32,000 nt of DNA, taken from Burkholderia phage vB_BpP_HN04. Each line of letters starts with the position of its first letter. Position 1 is the stretch's first letter. Positions 14,916 through 24,919 of this stretch are shown here, piece by piece. The notes below the pieces were generated by a model. It was not told the origin of the DNA and did no database searches. It was given only the letters and a program-made list of their open reading frames with translations. Location of the stretch: sequence record PP100844.1, one strand, 5' to 3'. Made by a program: the position numbers and the translations under genes.

Positions 14916-17612
14916 TTAAGTAATCCCTTGGCTCGGATCCAAGGAGGTTGAAGCAAAATCGCTGATCATCGCATGGGAGAGTTCTGCGATATCAGATCCG
15001 GTGAGAAGCGTACGGGACAAGAAAGTCTCCGGCTTCTCAGGGTACATCTGGTCATGCGTAGGATCGACAAGCTGAAGCGGGTTGATGTTGGCATTGGCAT
15101 AACCAATATTCTGTCCCCACAAACGCTGAATCTCTTCCATCTGCGTATTGTACGACTCCATGAGTCGAGCAGTGTTATTTACCATCTCCATGGCACTGAT
15201 CTGCTGATACTCTCCGATGCCCTTGGCAGTAGCACTGGTAAGGGAAAGAAGACTCATGGGACTGGTGAGTGCAGCCATACCACCAGCCAGAGAACCAGTG
15301 GTCATGTACTGCTGGCCCATGACGACAGCGATAACGCCAGCGATAGCACCGATCACTGCACCAAGCTTGTCACCGAACACCATGGTGGAAACTTGCCCGA
15401 TGATCTTCATGATCAACATCGCAGCGATGGCATTAACAGCAGCACCAACCACAAGAGCAGCCACACCGGTAAGACCGAGAGCAGCACCCGTAGCCATGGC
15501 AGCAGTGGCGAAAGGCGTACCAGTACCCCATGTGAAGTATGTGATGACAACCACAATCACAACCATGATGATCTGGAAGAATCCGGACTGCCACCATTTC
15601 TTCTTCTTCTCAACATAGCAGTTGAAGACCAAGAAACAAGAGGCAGTGCTCATCTGGGTGGCATCCTTCAGCGTCATCTGGCGATACATGGCCTCGTGCA
15701 ACGGGATGATGAAACCTGATTCGTCACTGTCTGCTAGAGCATCCTTAGCGGAAGTGTTGACCGAATGCCCCTTGTAAATCATGTTCTGGTGCCATGCACC
15801 CCAGATATCGAGACGCTCATACTGAGTGTCGCTGATCTGACGACTGAGTCGTATATGGCTGATGGACTGTGTACCAACACCGATCCATGGGCCAAGAGCA
15901 CCACCAACAGGAACAAGTTGGTCGTTATAGTCAATCTCGTACATGGTGAACGTGTCATCAGGGAGGACTTCCCACTTGTACTCACCCTTACGACCAATAG
16001 AGCCATTGACCTTAGTTTCCGAGATGCCCACCCAGAAGATGGTCATGTCGTAGTTCAGCACACGGTTGTTATCCGAGGATACTCGAATGGACGATCCGGG
16101 AACATTGGGATATGGCTTGATCTCAGGACGTGGTTTGATAGGCTGACCCCAGCCAACAAACCCACCGGTCTTCTTCCATTCCAGGTAGTCTTTCAGCGAT
16201 TGTGTGGCTGCTTCCCAGTCTTGCTTGAACTGTTCGTACAAGCCAAGGTTGGCCGGACTCTGATCCAGAAGAACCTTGAAGAAGTTATAAATGTACTGTC
16301 GGGATGCATTCTCCTTAACGTTCAGTGCTACGCCATAAACAGCATAGGCGTAGTCGATATCCCCAACTTGGGGATTCTTCTTGATCTCGTCCATCACGTC
16401 TTGGAACTTGCCACCAGATCCCTTCTTGAATGCCTTCTTGGCCCAAGGGTAGAGACTGGCGTACTGAGGCGAGTCGACGTTGATGTTGTTGATACGGAAA
16501 GGTACGAACGGATAAAACTTACCCATGTTCGTGGGACGAGCGAACATCGAGTCCAATACTGCATTGCCCTGCCCTTGACCGTAGATGAACACGTTCTGAG
16601 GGCCATACGTATTGACCACCGTAGTCTGCTTGTCCACTCGATAGGATCGAGTGACCTGCAAGGTCTGGGTGGTTGTCGTAGTGGTAGTGGTTTTCTTGGT
16701 TCCATCCGGAAGAGTTTCTTCCTTCGTCTCAACCACAGGGGAACCAATGACCACATTACCCACCTGATCCTGATACATGGTCTCAACCAGCATCGACGTA
16801 TAGTTGGGATCGATCTGGGTGTTGGTCTGACGACCGTACACACCATGCGTTTCCGAATACGAATACGGAGTCTGAGTAGTGTCCGTAGTGTGCTCATCCG
16901 GTCGACCATCGCTATACGTGATCTTGGTATCCACCACCTTGTCCAGATTGCCAGACTTGGGGATATTCGAAGTAGACACGACATTCCATCCCGAGACAGG
17001 AGGGAACGGATCACCCGAACCAAGGATGACAGTATTACCCGGAATCAGTGGGCCAACCTGATCAGGGCCAGTCTCCATGTACGTGACATAGAGGTATCGG
17101 ATCGTCTGGTCGTAACCAACAGGCGTGAACGTGTCCTTGGTCTTGTCCGAGTACGTAATGGTGACAATGCCAGTAGCATCGTCGTACTCAGCAGACCATG
17201 TATCGCTCACCTTATTGGGTCGATTCTCACGAAGCCACTTGTCCACCCAGATGTTGAGGTTAGCCAACCCAATCGTAGCTGACTGGATAGTTGCCTTGTT
17301 ACCGGGCGAGACAGGAAGTTGGGTTGCGATAACAGTCTGGTTGAGCGTATCCCCTGACAGCACAGTGCCAGTAACCAAACCGATGATGTTGTTGTATCCG
17401 GAGTAGTCAGCCCATCGTGCAAATGACCGGAACTTGATACCGGGGCCATTCAGATACGAGCCAACGATCGAATCACCCATGGAAGAGGATTGACCGAGAA
17501 CATCCCCAACTACCGTCTGACGAAGGTAGTTGGGGCGTTTGTCCTCATCTCCGGCGAGGTTGTACACCACACTCGAAACAACGATGACGGAACCACCACC
17601 GAAGAGACCCAT
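14916..17612 (-). CDS. Large virion structural/ejection protein (898 aa) with a cluster of C-terminal transmembrane helices
   Basis: ATG 17612 lies 2 nt after the upstream stop, suggesting coupling. Residues ~673-800 (about 15215-15596) read WWQSGFFQIIMVVIVVVITYFTWGTGTPFATAAMATGAALGLTGVAALVVGAAVNAIAAMLIMKIIGQVSTMVFGDKLGAVIGAIAGVIAVVMG, which would give 3-4 predicted TM segments. Synteny matches the large internal virion proteins of N4-like phages. Confidence 0.7.
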   Translation of the reverse strand: MGLFGGGSVIVVSSVVYNLAGDEDKRPNYLRQTVVGDVLGQSSSMGDSIVGSYLNGPGIKFRSFARWADYSGYNNIIGLVTGTVLSGDTLNQTVIATQLPVSPGNKATIQSATIGLANLNIWVDKWLRENRPNKVSDTWSAEYDDATGIVTITYSDKTKDTFTPVGYDQTIRYLYVTYMETGPDQVGPLIPGNTVILGSGDPFPPVSGWNVVSTSNIPKSGNLDKVVDTKITYSDGRPDEHTTDTTQTPYSYSETHGVYGRQTNTQIDPNYTSMLVETMYQDQVGNVVIGSPVVETKEETLPDGTKKTTTTTTTTQTLQVTRSYRVDKQTTVVNTYGPQNVFIYGQGQGNAVLDSMFARPTNMGKFYPFVPFRINNINVDSPQYASLYPWAKKAFKKGSGGKFQDVMDEIKKNPQVGDIDYAYAVYGVALNVKENASRQYIYNFFKVLLDQSPANLGLYEQFKQDWEAATQSLKDYLEWKKTGGFVGWGQPIKPRPEIKPYPNVPGSSIRVSSDNNRVLNYDMTIFWVGISETKVNGSIGRKGEYKWEVLPDDTFTMYEIDYNDQLVPVGGALGPWIGVGTQSISHIRLSRQISDTQYERLDIWGAWHQNMIYKGHSVNTSAKDALADSDESGFIIPLHEAMYRQMTLKDATQMSTASCFLVFNCYVEKKKKWWQSGFFQIIMVVIVVVITYFTWGTGTPFATAAMATGAALGLTGVAALVVGAAVNAIAAMLIMKIIGQVSTMVFGDKLGAVIGAIAGVIAVVMGQQYMTTGSLAGGMAALTSPMSLLSLTSATAKGIGEYQQISAMEMVNNTARLMESYNTQMEEIQRLWGQNIGYANANINPLQLVDPTHDQMYPEKPETFLSRTLLTGSDIAELSHAMISDFASTSLDPSQGIT

Positions 17613-17614
17613 GG

Positions 17615-18478
17615 TTAGACGAACCCGTTATTGACCTTGATGGTCTGGAACACCTTGTCCACCGAGGCATTCTCAAATGCCGGGGGAGGCACAAGACCCT
17701 CGTCGACCGTCTTCTGCGTGATCCAAGCATCCGAGAAGATCTTGGCAGCTTTGACTTCCGAGTCACGCTTGTAGCTGGTGATCTGTTGGTCGTACAGATC
17801 CTTCTGCTTACCGAGTACACCACGAACTGCCTGACCATCCGTACGGACATCGAGGGTCTGTGCACGTTGAGCTTCCGTTTGCTCTTGGGTCATGACCAGT
17901 TGCTTGTCCAGCAGTTGGCTATTTTTCGGAAGGATGTTATCCACCTGAAATTTGCCAGCACCGAAGTTGGTCGATTCCGTAGCCAGCTTGGCCTTGGTGA
18001 GAGCGTAGTTGGCCTTCGAAGTCAGGGCATCGAACTGCTTACCGATGAGTTCGAACAACGCAGTCTTCAGGTTCACTTGTGCAGTGACAGCCTGAATCTG
18101 AGCCAGTTGGCCTTGCCAGAATGCACCATCACGTTGGGTGAGGTACTGGACGGCATTCTGCATACACGCATCCGTGAGTGCAGTGTATGCCTTCGTGTAC
18201 TCGGCACCGGTGATACGCCCCTTGGAGAACTCTTCCTTCAGGTGGCAGGACACCGACTCCATGAGTGCATCGAACGTACCATCACCCTTGGGATGACGTT
18301 GCGTGAGCGACTCATTGGTAAGCGGCTTCAAGCCCTTGTACATGGGCGAGTTGGGATCGTACTTGATCTGGAATGCCGGGTCATTGATATCGACGGTGGG
18401 GAATGAGACATCCTCACCTGCCAGCAGAGCGTCATACATCTGCTTGGCTTCAAGGTCTGCACCGTACATCGTGCTCAT
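17615..18478 (-). CDS. Virion structural protein (287 aa), N4 gp54-like by position
   Basis: ATG 18478 follows a strong AAGGAG. The gene is coding-dense and located two genes downstream of the capsid gene, as in N4-type late operons. Confidence 0.6.
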   Translation of the reverse strand: MSTMYGADLEAKQMYDALLAGEDVSFPTVDINDPAFQIKYDPNSPMYKGLKPLTNESLTQRHPKGDGTFDALMESVSCHLKEEFSKGRITGAEYTKAYTALTDACMQNAVQYLTQRDGAFWQGQLAQIQAVTAQVNLKTALFELIGKQFDALTSKANYALTKAKLATESTNFGAGKFQVDNILPKNSQLLDKQLVMTQEQTEAQRAQTLDVRTDGQAVRGVLGKQKDLYDQQITSYKRDSEVKAAKIFSDAWITQKTVDEGLVPPPAFENASVDKVFQTIKVNNGFV

Positions 18479-18505
18479 AGACTTCTCCTTGGTTCAGAAT
18501 GGATT

Positions 18506-18539
18506 AAGCCCGTGGAGTCTACACTCTCACGGGCTTTTT
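18506..18539. terminator. Stem-loop with a U-tract only in the + orientation, inside the - strand operon
   Basis: A 9-bp stem pairs AAGCCCGTG (18506-18514) with CACGGGCTT (18528-18536). On the + strand it is followed by the rest of a T run (TTTTT at 18535-18539). On the - strand it is preceded by AAAAA and followed by AATCCATTC. A second small hairpin, CTTCC-TAGT-GGAAG, lies at 18546-18558. Confidence 0.45.
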
Positions 18540-18559
18540 AGATACTTCCTAGTGGAAGC

Positions 18560-19177
18560 TTAGTCCACCGATCCGGCAGCAAGTTGGGCCGTAGCCAGTT
18601 GCTTCAGTTCTTCCGGAGTCAGCGGATCGAGCACTTCGAGGCTGTATTCCGAGACCCAGCGTTGTTCGGTGTGGGTCGTACCGGTACGGCGATCCTTGCG
18701 GAGCTTGATGTCAAGGAACTTGCGATCCTTCATCATCTGATACAGGCAGTACGGGACATGCCAGCCATCGTCCGTCACTTCACCATAGGGGATGTACTTG
18801 CGGATCGTGCCGATGTATTCGTTCGCCACCGTGAGGATCTCACCCGGGAGATCCTTCTTCTTGGGGTCGAGGTTCGTGATACGCAGACGGATGAGCTTCG
18901 TAGCTTCATCGATCAGTTGCTGGCGGAATGACTTCTGGCCAGCAGGCTTGGCACCTGCAACATCGCCAGCCAGTGGGTTCAGTTCAGCAGGTTCCTTGTC
19001 TTCTGCTTTCGGGGCTTGTGCTTCAGCGATGCGAGCCTTCAGAGCTTCGACACCGATGTTGTTGCTGAACTTGACGCCGAGCAGCGTAGCACGTTGCTTC
19101 AGCAGATCGAGTTCCGAGAATTCTTGGACTTGTTCCAGCGATTGGCCGTCTTGGCCATTGTTGAGATCTTCGCTCAT
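18560..19177 (-). CDS. Head-associated protein (205 aa), N4 gp55-like by position, with an N-terminal HeH/Rho-N-like motif
   Basis: ATG is at 19177. LDLLKQRATLLGVKFSNNIGVEALKARIAEA resembles a helix-extension-helix (SAP/Rho_N-like) motif. The gene lies immediately downstream of the capsid gene. Confidence 0.55.
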   Translation of the reverse strand: MSEDLNNGQDGQSLEQVQEFSELDLLKQRATLLGVKFSNNIGVEALKARIAEAQAPKAEDKEPAELNPLAGDVAGAKPAGQKSFRQQLIDEATKLIRLRITNLDPKKKDLPGEILTVANEYIGTIRKYIPYGEVTDDGWHVPYCLYQMMKDRKFLDIKLRKDRRTGTTHTEQRWVSEYSLEVLDPLTPEELKQLATAQLAAGSVD

Positions 19178-19201
19178 TTCTGTACCTTGTTGGGTGAGGG
19201 T

Positions 19202-19230
19202 GAACCAAGGAGAGAGTATCCCCTTGGTTC
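19202..19230 (-). other. Stem-loop immediately downstream of the major capsid gene (attenuator or RNA-stabilising hairpin)
   Basis: A 9-bp stem pairs GAACCAAGG (19202-19210) with CCTTGGTTC (19222-19230) around an 11-nt loop. No U-tract follows on the - strand. Confidence 0.4.
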
Positions 19231-19248
19231 CTTAGTCACTGAATCCGA

Positions 19249-20454
19249 TTAGATCGGGGCGACGGTCTTGACCAGAGCGATACGCTCCGGACGCTTGATC
19301 AGAATACCGTAGTACCACTTGATCGAGCTGAACCCGGTTTCACCGTACGGGTCGTTACGGTCAGCCGTAGCTGCACCCGGCATCTTCGTCGTCACCGAGA
19401 ACTTCACCGACTTGCCATCCGTCTGGAAGCCGATCGTGGTGAACGAGTCGTCACCGATACACAGCATCGGGAACACGTCGTAGTGTTCTTCGCCACCCTT
19501 CGTCGAGGTACGGTAGCCCGGATTGGCCGCCGTAGCCACAGCACCGACACCAGCCCAGTGCAGCATTTCCGGCACTTGGATGATGTGGAACTTGTCGATC
19601 GAGCCGATCTCACCGTTCAGCACCGTGCCAGCAGCCGAGTAGTGTTGGATCTCGATGAACGCCTTGTTGCCGAACAGATCCTTCATTTCCTTCAGGGCCG
19701 GGACGAGTTCCGAACCGACGTACAGGACACGCGTTGCACCCAGAACCTTCGTATCGATCAGACGCGAACCCGTGATGATCGTCGTTTGCGTCGGCGTACG
19801 ATTGTCGGTCAGGATCTGATCCAGACGCATCAGGTTCTTGTACGAGACCATCGAGATGGCAGCACCTTCACCCGTGATCGTGGCATCCGACGTAGCAGCA
19901 CCTGCGTACAGGATCACACCAGCAGCAGCCAGCAGGTCTCGTTGCAGAACAGCCTCGGTCAGTTGGACTGCACCGGTCATCAGTTCACGCGACAGGTGAT
20001 CCATCAGGCCATCGTCCGAATCGAAGTCCAGAGCTTCCTGCGTGAATTCGGTGAAGAAACCGAACTTGTGGATCGAGCCTTCACGTTGCAGACGGGTGAA
20101 GCCCACACGGTTCACTCGGCCACCGTTTTCCGTCAGCGTCGGCAGCTTCGACGTAATCGTACCCACGTCCTTGCTCGAACCGTACAGGTTGCCGTTCGCG
20201 ATCTTCACACCGTTGGCATCGATACCTTGGTCGTTGATGTTTCGGTCGTCCAGCAGCGGCACGTATTCGTACACGCGGATCGACTTGCCGTAGTGCTTCG
20301 GCATGTTAGTGGTCGACGCGAGGGGCATGAAATACTGCTCCTTACGCGCCGTGATGATCGCCTTCTTCAGCCAGAAAAAGGTGAGCATCTGATCCGAGCC
20401 ATTGCCGTCAATGCTCGATTTTTGGCCCTCGGCCGGTGCGTTGTAGTTCAACAT
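19249..20454 (-). CDS. Major capsid protein (N4 gp56-type), 401 aa
   Basis: ATG 20454 follows AAGGAAACAG. Remembered N4-like MCP sequence features are present (LYGSSKDVG...[18 protein letters not shown]...[17 protein letters not shown]...LQRDLL). It is followed by a hairpin and lies between the scaffold-like and gp55-like genes. Confidence 0.88.
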   Translation of the reverse strand: MLNYNAPAEGQKSSIDGNGSDQMLTFFWLKKAIITARKEQYFMPLASTTNMPKHYGKSIRVYEYVPLLDDRNINDQGIDANGVKIANGNLYGSSKDVGTITSKLPTLTENGGRVNRVGFTRLQREGSIHKFGFFTEFTQEALDFDSDDGLMDHLSRELMTGAVQLTEAVLQRDLLAAAGVILYAGAATSDATITGEGAAISMVSYKNLMRLDQILTDNRTPTQTTIITGSRLIDTKVLGATRVLYVGSELVPALKEMKDLFGNKAFIEIQHYSAAGTVLNGEIGSIDKFHIIQVPEMLHWAGVGAVATAANPGYRTSTKGGEEHYDVFPMLCIGDDSFTTIGFQTDGKSVKFSVTTKMPGAATADRNDPYGETGFSSIKWYYGILIKRPERIALVKTVAPI

Positions 20455-20469
20455 TTGGTCTGTTTCCTT

Positions 20470-21735
20470 TTAGACGCGGTTGTTCATTTGCTTCAAGAAT
20501 GCGTCGTCATCCATGTCGAGATAGTTGACGACGGGTTTCGCCTTAACAGCAGCGGCACGATTGCCCGATGCTGCATTTGCCGTGTCACTGTTCGCCACCT
20601 TCGTAACCGGTTTCGGTGCAGCTACAGCGATAGGTTGCTTGGTGGTCGTCTGAGCCACGGAGGGCTTAACGATATCAGCAAACTTCCCTTCACTCTGCAT
20701 TGCATCACCAACTGCCTTATACGCTTGCAGGAACGGAGTTCCGGCAGGAATTTGCCCAAGCACCGTGAGTCGAGTGATCTCAGTTGTAATGCGATCGTAG
20801 ATCCCATTACTACGCTGTTCATCAAACACTCGCAGAAGCGAGGGGTCTTTCCAGAGGACATCCTTGCTGGCTTGATCCCACGTCGTGTTGATCGTCTGTA
20901 CCGTTTCTACGCCGGACTGGGTGGATACGAGATCGTCCAGTGCCGATTGAAACGCTACGTGCTCATCACTGACGGCATGATTGCCCGGCAGGTAAGTCGA
21001 GTCTTTCTCCACATCCAGCGTCATCGGGTCGATGTTGCTGTCCTTGAGCAGCTTCTGGATCGCCTCGGGATTCTTCTTATCGATATCGATCAGATAAGAA
21101 AGTTTGCCTTCGTCGAGCAGACCGTTCTGTTCCAGCATCATCAGCACCTTACGATGGGGCTGAATGTCTTGCATCTTGCGAGTGTAGTTGGCACCCATCT
21201 GCATCAACTGGATTGCCTCGTCTGCGTTACGCAGTTCGATGGTCTTCCCGTTTGCCTTGAAGGGAGCAAGCAACTTCTTGTACTCGGCTTCGTAGTCGAC
21301 GGTCGCTTCAGTCGTCGTAGCAGCCGCCTTACTGGCAGCTTTCTGCTCGGAATTCCCAGCGTTCGAATCGAGGGGCTTCCCGTTGGCATCTACTTTCGAT
21401 TCTGCGTTATCGTCAGCATTTGCCGCAACCTTACCACCATTCGGATCATTTTTGGAAGCTTCTTCTGCTTCCTGAGCCAGACGGGCAGCTTTTTCCTCTT
21501 CCGTCTCTTCCTTGTTGGTAGCTTGCTCAGCAGCCAAACGATCGGCTTCTTCCTGATCCAGACGTGCTTGTTCTGCCGCAGCAGCTTCACGTGCAGCAGC
21601 CTCTTCGGCAGCGATTTCTTCAGGGGTCTTGGTGGGGGCTTCGAACACGGGAGCCGTGCTCATGTTTTCGATCTGCTCGTCCGACAAGTCGAAGATGTCG
21701 GACGGCTGATCCAGTTTAAGGTCAGCCGTCGTCAT
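20470..21735 (-). CDS. Scaffold-like / N4 gp57-like head assembly protein (421 aa)
   Basis: ATG 21735 has GGAG overlapping the upstream stop. The N-terminal third is a highly acidic Ala/Glu-rich helical segment (EEIAAEEAAAREAAAAEQARLDQEEADRLAAEQ). It lies between portal and capsid genes, the classical scaffold position. Confidence 0.6.
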   Translation of the reverse strand: MTTADLKLDQPSDIFDLSDEQIENMSTAPVFEAPTKTPEEIAAEEAAAREAAAAEQARLDQEEADRLAAEQATNKEETEEEKAARLAQEAEEASKNDPNGGKVAANADDNAESKVDANGKPLDSNAGNSEQKAASKAAATTTEATVDYEAEYKKLLAPFKANGKTIELRNADEAIQLMQMGANYTRKMQDIQPHRKVLMMLEQNGLLDEGKLSYLIDIDKKNPEAIQKLLKDSNIDPMTLDVEKDSTYLPGNHAVSDEHVAFQSALDDLVSTQSGVETVQTINTTWDQASKDVLWKDPSLLRVFDEQRSNGIYDRITTEITRLTVLGQIPAGTPFLQAYKAVGDAMQSEGKFADIVKPSVAQTTTKQPIAVAAPKPVTKVANSDTANAASGNRAAAVKAKPVVNYLDMDDDAFLKQMNNRV

Positions 21736-21738
21736 CGT

Positions 21739-22101
21739 TTACTCCGCTTCGTCAGTTTCGGTGTTGGCTTCTGCGAGTCGGGCCTCTTCCAGACCCTCAC
21801 GCAGTTCTTCGAGTTGTGCACCACAGGTTTCTGCTTGCATCAGTTGGATCACGATCCAACGCTTCAGATGTCCCGGTGCTTGGCTCAGAGCCAGTGCATC
21901 AGCACGTTCACGATCGGTCAGGGCCGGGTTGCCTGCTTCAGCAGCATATCGTGCAGCTTCCTTGGTCGAGAACTCGTCGATGATGACCTTCTTGAATTCC
22001 TTGTTTTCCAAGAGTTTCGTGAGGGCTGCACCGAGAGCCACTTGTGCCTTGGCACCAGCCAACTCGTTCTCGAACTTCTGCACCAGACTGGTATTGATCA
22101 T
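21739..22101 (-). CDS. Small head-module protein (120 aa), function unknown
   Basis: ATG 22101 follows AAGGAA. The protein is helical with an acidic C-terminus and lies between portal and scaffold-like genes. Confidence 0.6.
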   Translation of the reverse strand: MINTSLVQKFENELAGAKAQVALGAALTKLLENKEFKKVIIDEFSTKEAARYAAEAGNPALTDRERADALALSQAPGHLKRWIVIQLMQAETCGAQLEELREGLEEARLAEANTETDEAE

Positions 22102-22113
22102 TTTTGCAATTCC

Positions 22114-24414
22114 TTAACTGAGGTTGATTGCTGGGTTAAGAGCAGGGTCAAGACTCGGGTTAAATTCCTGAGAACCAAGGTTCAAAGGATTCGTCCCCGC
22201 TAGTCCCCCTGCTGCATCACGCGAGATAGTAGACGAAGGTGCAGAAGAATTCAAGTTACCGCTAATTTTATTAAAACCCACGGCTGCTTGAATATCAGGA
22301 GCCTTCTCACCTTCCTTAGTCGGAGATGTAAGAGCCTTCGTAATTACAAGGTTCTGGTTACCTTCCGACTGTGCCTTCTGGAGTTCCATCTCACGAGCAT
22401 GCTTAGTACCAGTCTCGGTTTCCACGTACTCCAGATTCTTGAGATCACCGGTGGCACCCTGCATCTTGGCTTGAGCCAAGTAGAGTTCAGCCTGTGCCTG
22501 ATTCTTGCCGATCTCAGATTGCTTCGCTTCGATCTCCAGTTGCTTAAGTTGTTGCTCAAGGGGATCCGGCTGAGGTTGGTAAGTCTTTAGAGCATGTGCC
22601 AGTTCAGGCATACGCTTCAGCTTAGCGATCTCAACGAGAATGATTTGAACCAGTCCCCAATCACCATTTGGCCCCATGGTCTGAAGCATGAATGCCAGAT
22701 CTTGCGACTTCTGGTTATCCACCTCAGCAGTGGAGATATCAGCGATCACTTCGAAGTTGCCTTTCAGATCTTCACGAGAGACTTCTACGAACTGTTCGTT
22801 GGTCACCTTGACCGTTTCTTTCTCAGACAGCCAGACAGCATTCATGCTGATCAGCTTCATCGCGATCTCAGCCATCCCCTTAGCCATACGACGAAGGATG
22901 GCCATTTCTCGCTTAGAAGATGCATCGAGCACCCCACGAATACCAGCAGCAACATCACCATACGCATCTCCGGAAACACCACCAGCAAAGGATTTGACGC
23001 CAGTCAAAGCCTCAGCCTCTTGGTTCTGAAGGTTGAGCATGAGCATCACGGATTGTGGCAGTTCCGGGTACTTGTGCTCCATCAAACCACCGGCAGCAGG
23101 ATTCTGGTTGGGGTTGAACTCATAGTCCTGCCCGTTATCGAATCGACGCTTGTTCACAGCATCCAGCATGCCCTTGGCGATACCAGTCTGAGCATTGGCC
23201 GACTTGCCCATCAGATCGATAGCACCACGGGTGACTGCACCCAAGATCGCCTGATTGTCTTCCAGCAGTTCCGCATCCGGTTCACCGTAAAGCTCACGCT
23301 TGACTGGAAGATACGGGATCAACACGAACGGAAGCTTCTCATCCGGGAACGGGTTCTTCTCCAGTCGGATCATCACATCACCGATCCAAGTGGCGACGAT
23401 AGGGGTCAGTGCACCATTCCCCTCGATATCCCAGAAGCCCCAGTATTCGTAAGCCACAACCTTCTTACGTGCCTTGTCTTTGAACTGGAACGAGTCAGGA
23501 GTAGTGGTTTCATGATCCGGTTGAGCCAAGGGGGTATTACCTTCCCAGTTCACACGGTCGAGGTTCTTGTATCGCTTCTTGTCCTTCTTCAGTTCAGACC
23601 AGCTTGTTTCGAAGGAAGTCACCACAAACTGTGCCTTATCGAAATCCCCGTTACACGAGGGGTCGATGAAGACGTTGTGGGGATTCATGATCTCCAGAGT
23701 CGGTTGATTGAAGAGAATCTTCTCTTCCTGAATGGTCGTGGTCTCACCGGTAGCTTGAGCGTAGACAGGGATCTGGTTTTCTTCCGTGTACTCCACTGCC
23801 ATTCGAACTTCTTCCGGCAGTTGATCATATCCACGAGTATTCGAGTTCTTCAACTCCATGGCCTGCTGGAGTTGCTGAAGCTGATCTTCAGTTTCGATCT
23901 GGTAGTACGCGTAAAGGGGCACTTCCTTGGGAAGCATGATCGTCTGACGGTTCCAACCCAGCTTGATGATGCAAGTACCATCATCCACGGTGGAACGCAC
24001 CATGTCGTCGATGAACTTGACCTTGTTCAGCTTGGTTCGGAATTGCCAGTTCAGGACAAGCTCATTCTGTTGAGCAGCATCCACATCTGCCCAAGTAGCC
24101 GGACTCACTTTGAACAGCTTATCTGAACCAAGGAAAGGCTCGGTCAGGGCAGAGTATCGCCACTCAGCCTGACGACGAATCAGCTTTGGTTGTACTTGCG
24201 ATCGGCCCTTGACTGCTTTCGGTTTGGCAGCTCCCCGTACATTTCGGAGATCGTTCCATCGTTGGATATGCCCCGTCTGCACTTGTTGAGAAGGCTGTGC
24301 CTGTTCCAAGTCGTACTTCAGGTCTTGAATGCTCGGCTCCTTCCCCCAGTCCGTCAACTTCTGGGGGAGCAAAGTGCTCGGAGCGAGTTGCAGCTTTTCG
24401 TCCATTTTGGTCAT
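22114..24414 (-). CDS. Portal protein (N4 gp59-type), 766 aa
   Basis: Size and position fit a portal. The conserved N-terminal segment [28 protein letters not shown] is typical of N4-like portals as I recall them. There is no in-frame start upstream of 24414, and no obvious SD; the ATG lies 24 nt after the o-spanin stop. Confidence 0.85.
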   Translation of the reverse strand: MTKMDEKLQLAPSTLLPQKLTDWGKEPSIQDLKYDLEQAQPSQQVQTGHIQRWNDLRNVRGAAKPKAVKGRSQVQPKLIRRQAEWRYSALTEPFLGSDKLFKVSPATWADVDAAQQNELVLNWQFRTKLNKVKFIDDMVRSTVDDGTCIIKLGWNRQTIMLPKEVPLYAYYQIETEDQLQQLQQAMELKNSNTRGYDQLPEEVRMAVEYTEENQIPVYAQATGETTTIQEEKILFNQPTLEIMNPHNVFIDPSCNGDFDKAQFVVTSFETSWSELKKDKKRYKNLDRVNWEGNTPLAQPDHETTTPDSFQFKDKARKKVVAYEYWGFWDIEGNGALTPIVATWIGDVMIRLEKNPFPDEKLPFVLIPYLPVKRELYGEPDAELLEDNQAILGAVTRGAIDLMGKSANAQTGIAKGMLDAVNKRRFDNGQDYEFNPNQNPAAGGLMEHKYPELPQSVMLMLNLQNQEAEALTGVKSFAGGVSGDAYGDVAAGIRGVLDASSKREMAILRRMAKGMAEIAMKLISMNAVWLSEKETVKVTNEQFVEVSREDLKGNFEVIADISTAEVDNQKSQDLAFMLQTMGPNGDWGLVQIILVEIAKLKRMPELAHALKTYQPQPDPLEQQLKQLEIEAKQSEIGKNQAQAELYLAQAKMQGATGDLKNLEYVETETGTKHAREMELQKAQSEGNQNLVITKALTSPTKEGEKAPDIQAAVGFNKISGNLNSSAPSSTISRDAAGGLAGTNPLNLGSQEFNPSLDPALNPAINLS

Positions 24415-24919
24415 CCGTAAAAAGGTTTCGGTCGTTGATCAGTTGTTTGCCGACTGCTTGCAACTGAGAGTCACGCAGTCTAAGAGTTTCCCCGAGTTCT
24501 CGTACCAGACTTCTGCCTTCTTCAAGAGATCGGTCGAGTTCGGCTGTATGGCTTGCAAGATCTCGGCAGGAATCGGATCCGCCTTGGGCTTGACGTTGAT
24601 ATACCGAGGCTCTGGCTTCAGACTGCTGCACCCTGAGATTGTACTCACTACGAGCAGCAGCAAGGTCAACTGCATGGGACTCACGAGCTTTCCGGAGTGC
24701 ACTCTCAATCTGAGTTGTTTCAGCACGATGGATTTCCTCTTTCACAACAAGTTGTTCTTGCAGGTCTTGGATCTTGGCATGGGTCTCAATCTTCTCTTGG
24801 TTCCATGCAGCTTGGACACTAGTCTTACCAGCATCCCTGCCAAAGTAGTAACCGAGAGCGAAGACCGTAAGGACAATGCCCACGTAGCTGAACACCTTCA
24901 GTACGGTCTCTTTCATCAT
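24164..24919 (-). CDS. i-spanin (Rz-like); the ORF as read is 251 aa, with its last 83 codons overlapping the portal gene
   Basis: The ATG overlaps the endolysin stop (ATGATGA). The product has an N-terminal TM helix ([21 protein letters not shown]) followed by a long charged coiled-coil-type periplasmic region. The o-spanin gene is embedded in an alternate frame. The first in-frame stop is at 24164-24166, so the functional C-terminus is uncertain. Confidence 0.75.
   Translation of the reverse strand: MMKETVLKVFSYVGIVLTVFALGYYFGRDAGKTSVQAAWNQEKIETHAKIQDLQEQLVVKEEIHRAETTQIESALRKARESHAVDLAAARSEYNLRVQQSEARASVYQRQAQGGSDSCRDLASHTAELDRSLEEGRSLVRELGETLRLRDSQLQAVGKQLINDRNLFTDDQNGRKAATRSEHFAPPEVDGLGEGAEHSRPEVRLGTGTAFSTSADGAYPTMERSPKCTGSCQTESSQGPIASTTKADSSSG
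24439..24675 (-). CDS. o-spanin (Rz1-like outer-membrane lipoprotein), 78-aa precursor
   Basis: The ORF track starts at GTG 24726. The ATG at 24675 gives [15 protein letters not shown]|CSS, a lipobox with its Cys codon at 24628-24630. The mature part is Pro-rich ([20 protein letters not shown]). The gene is entirely embedded in the i-spanin ORF. Confidence 0.8.
   Translation of the reverse strand: MQLTLLLLVVSTISGCSSLKPEPRYINVKPKADPIPAEILQAIQPNSTDLLKKAEVWYENSGKLLDCVTLSCKQSANN

Noticed and set aside
16668-16691. A run of eight threonines (TTTTTTTT) in the 898-aa protein as a possible slippage or phase-variation tract.
   Set aside because: It is encoded by mixed Thr codons (ACC/ACT/ACG/ACA), so there is no homopolymer or short tandem DNA repeat to slip on.
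12604-24126. More long + strand ORFs across the structural genes (771 aa at 12604-14919, 505 aa at 15765-17282, 206 aa at 17786-18406, 906 aa at 19483-22203, 510 aa at 22594-24126).
   Set aside because: The explanation is the same as above. Each spans several well-supported - strand genes, ignores their boundaries, and has the same low-complexity Arg/Leu/His-rich composition.
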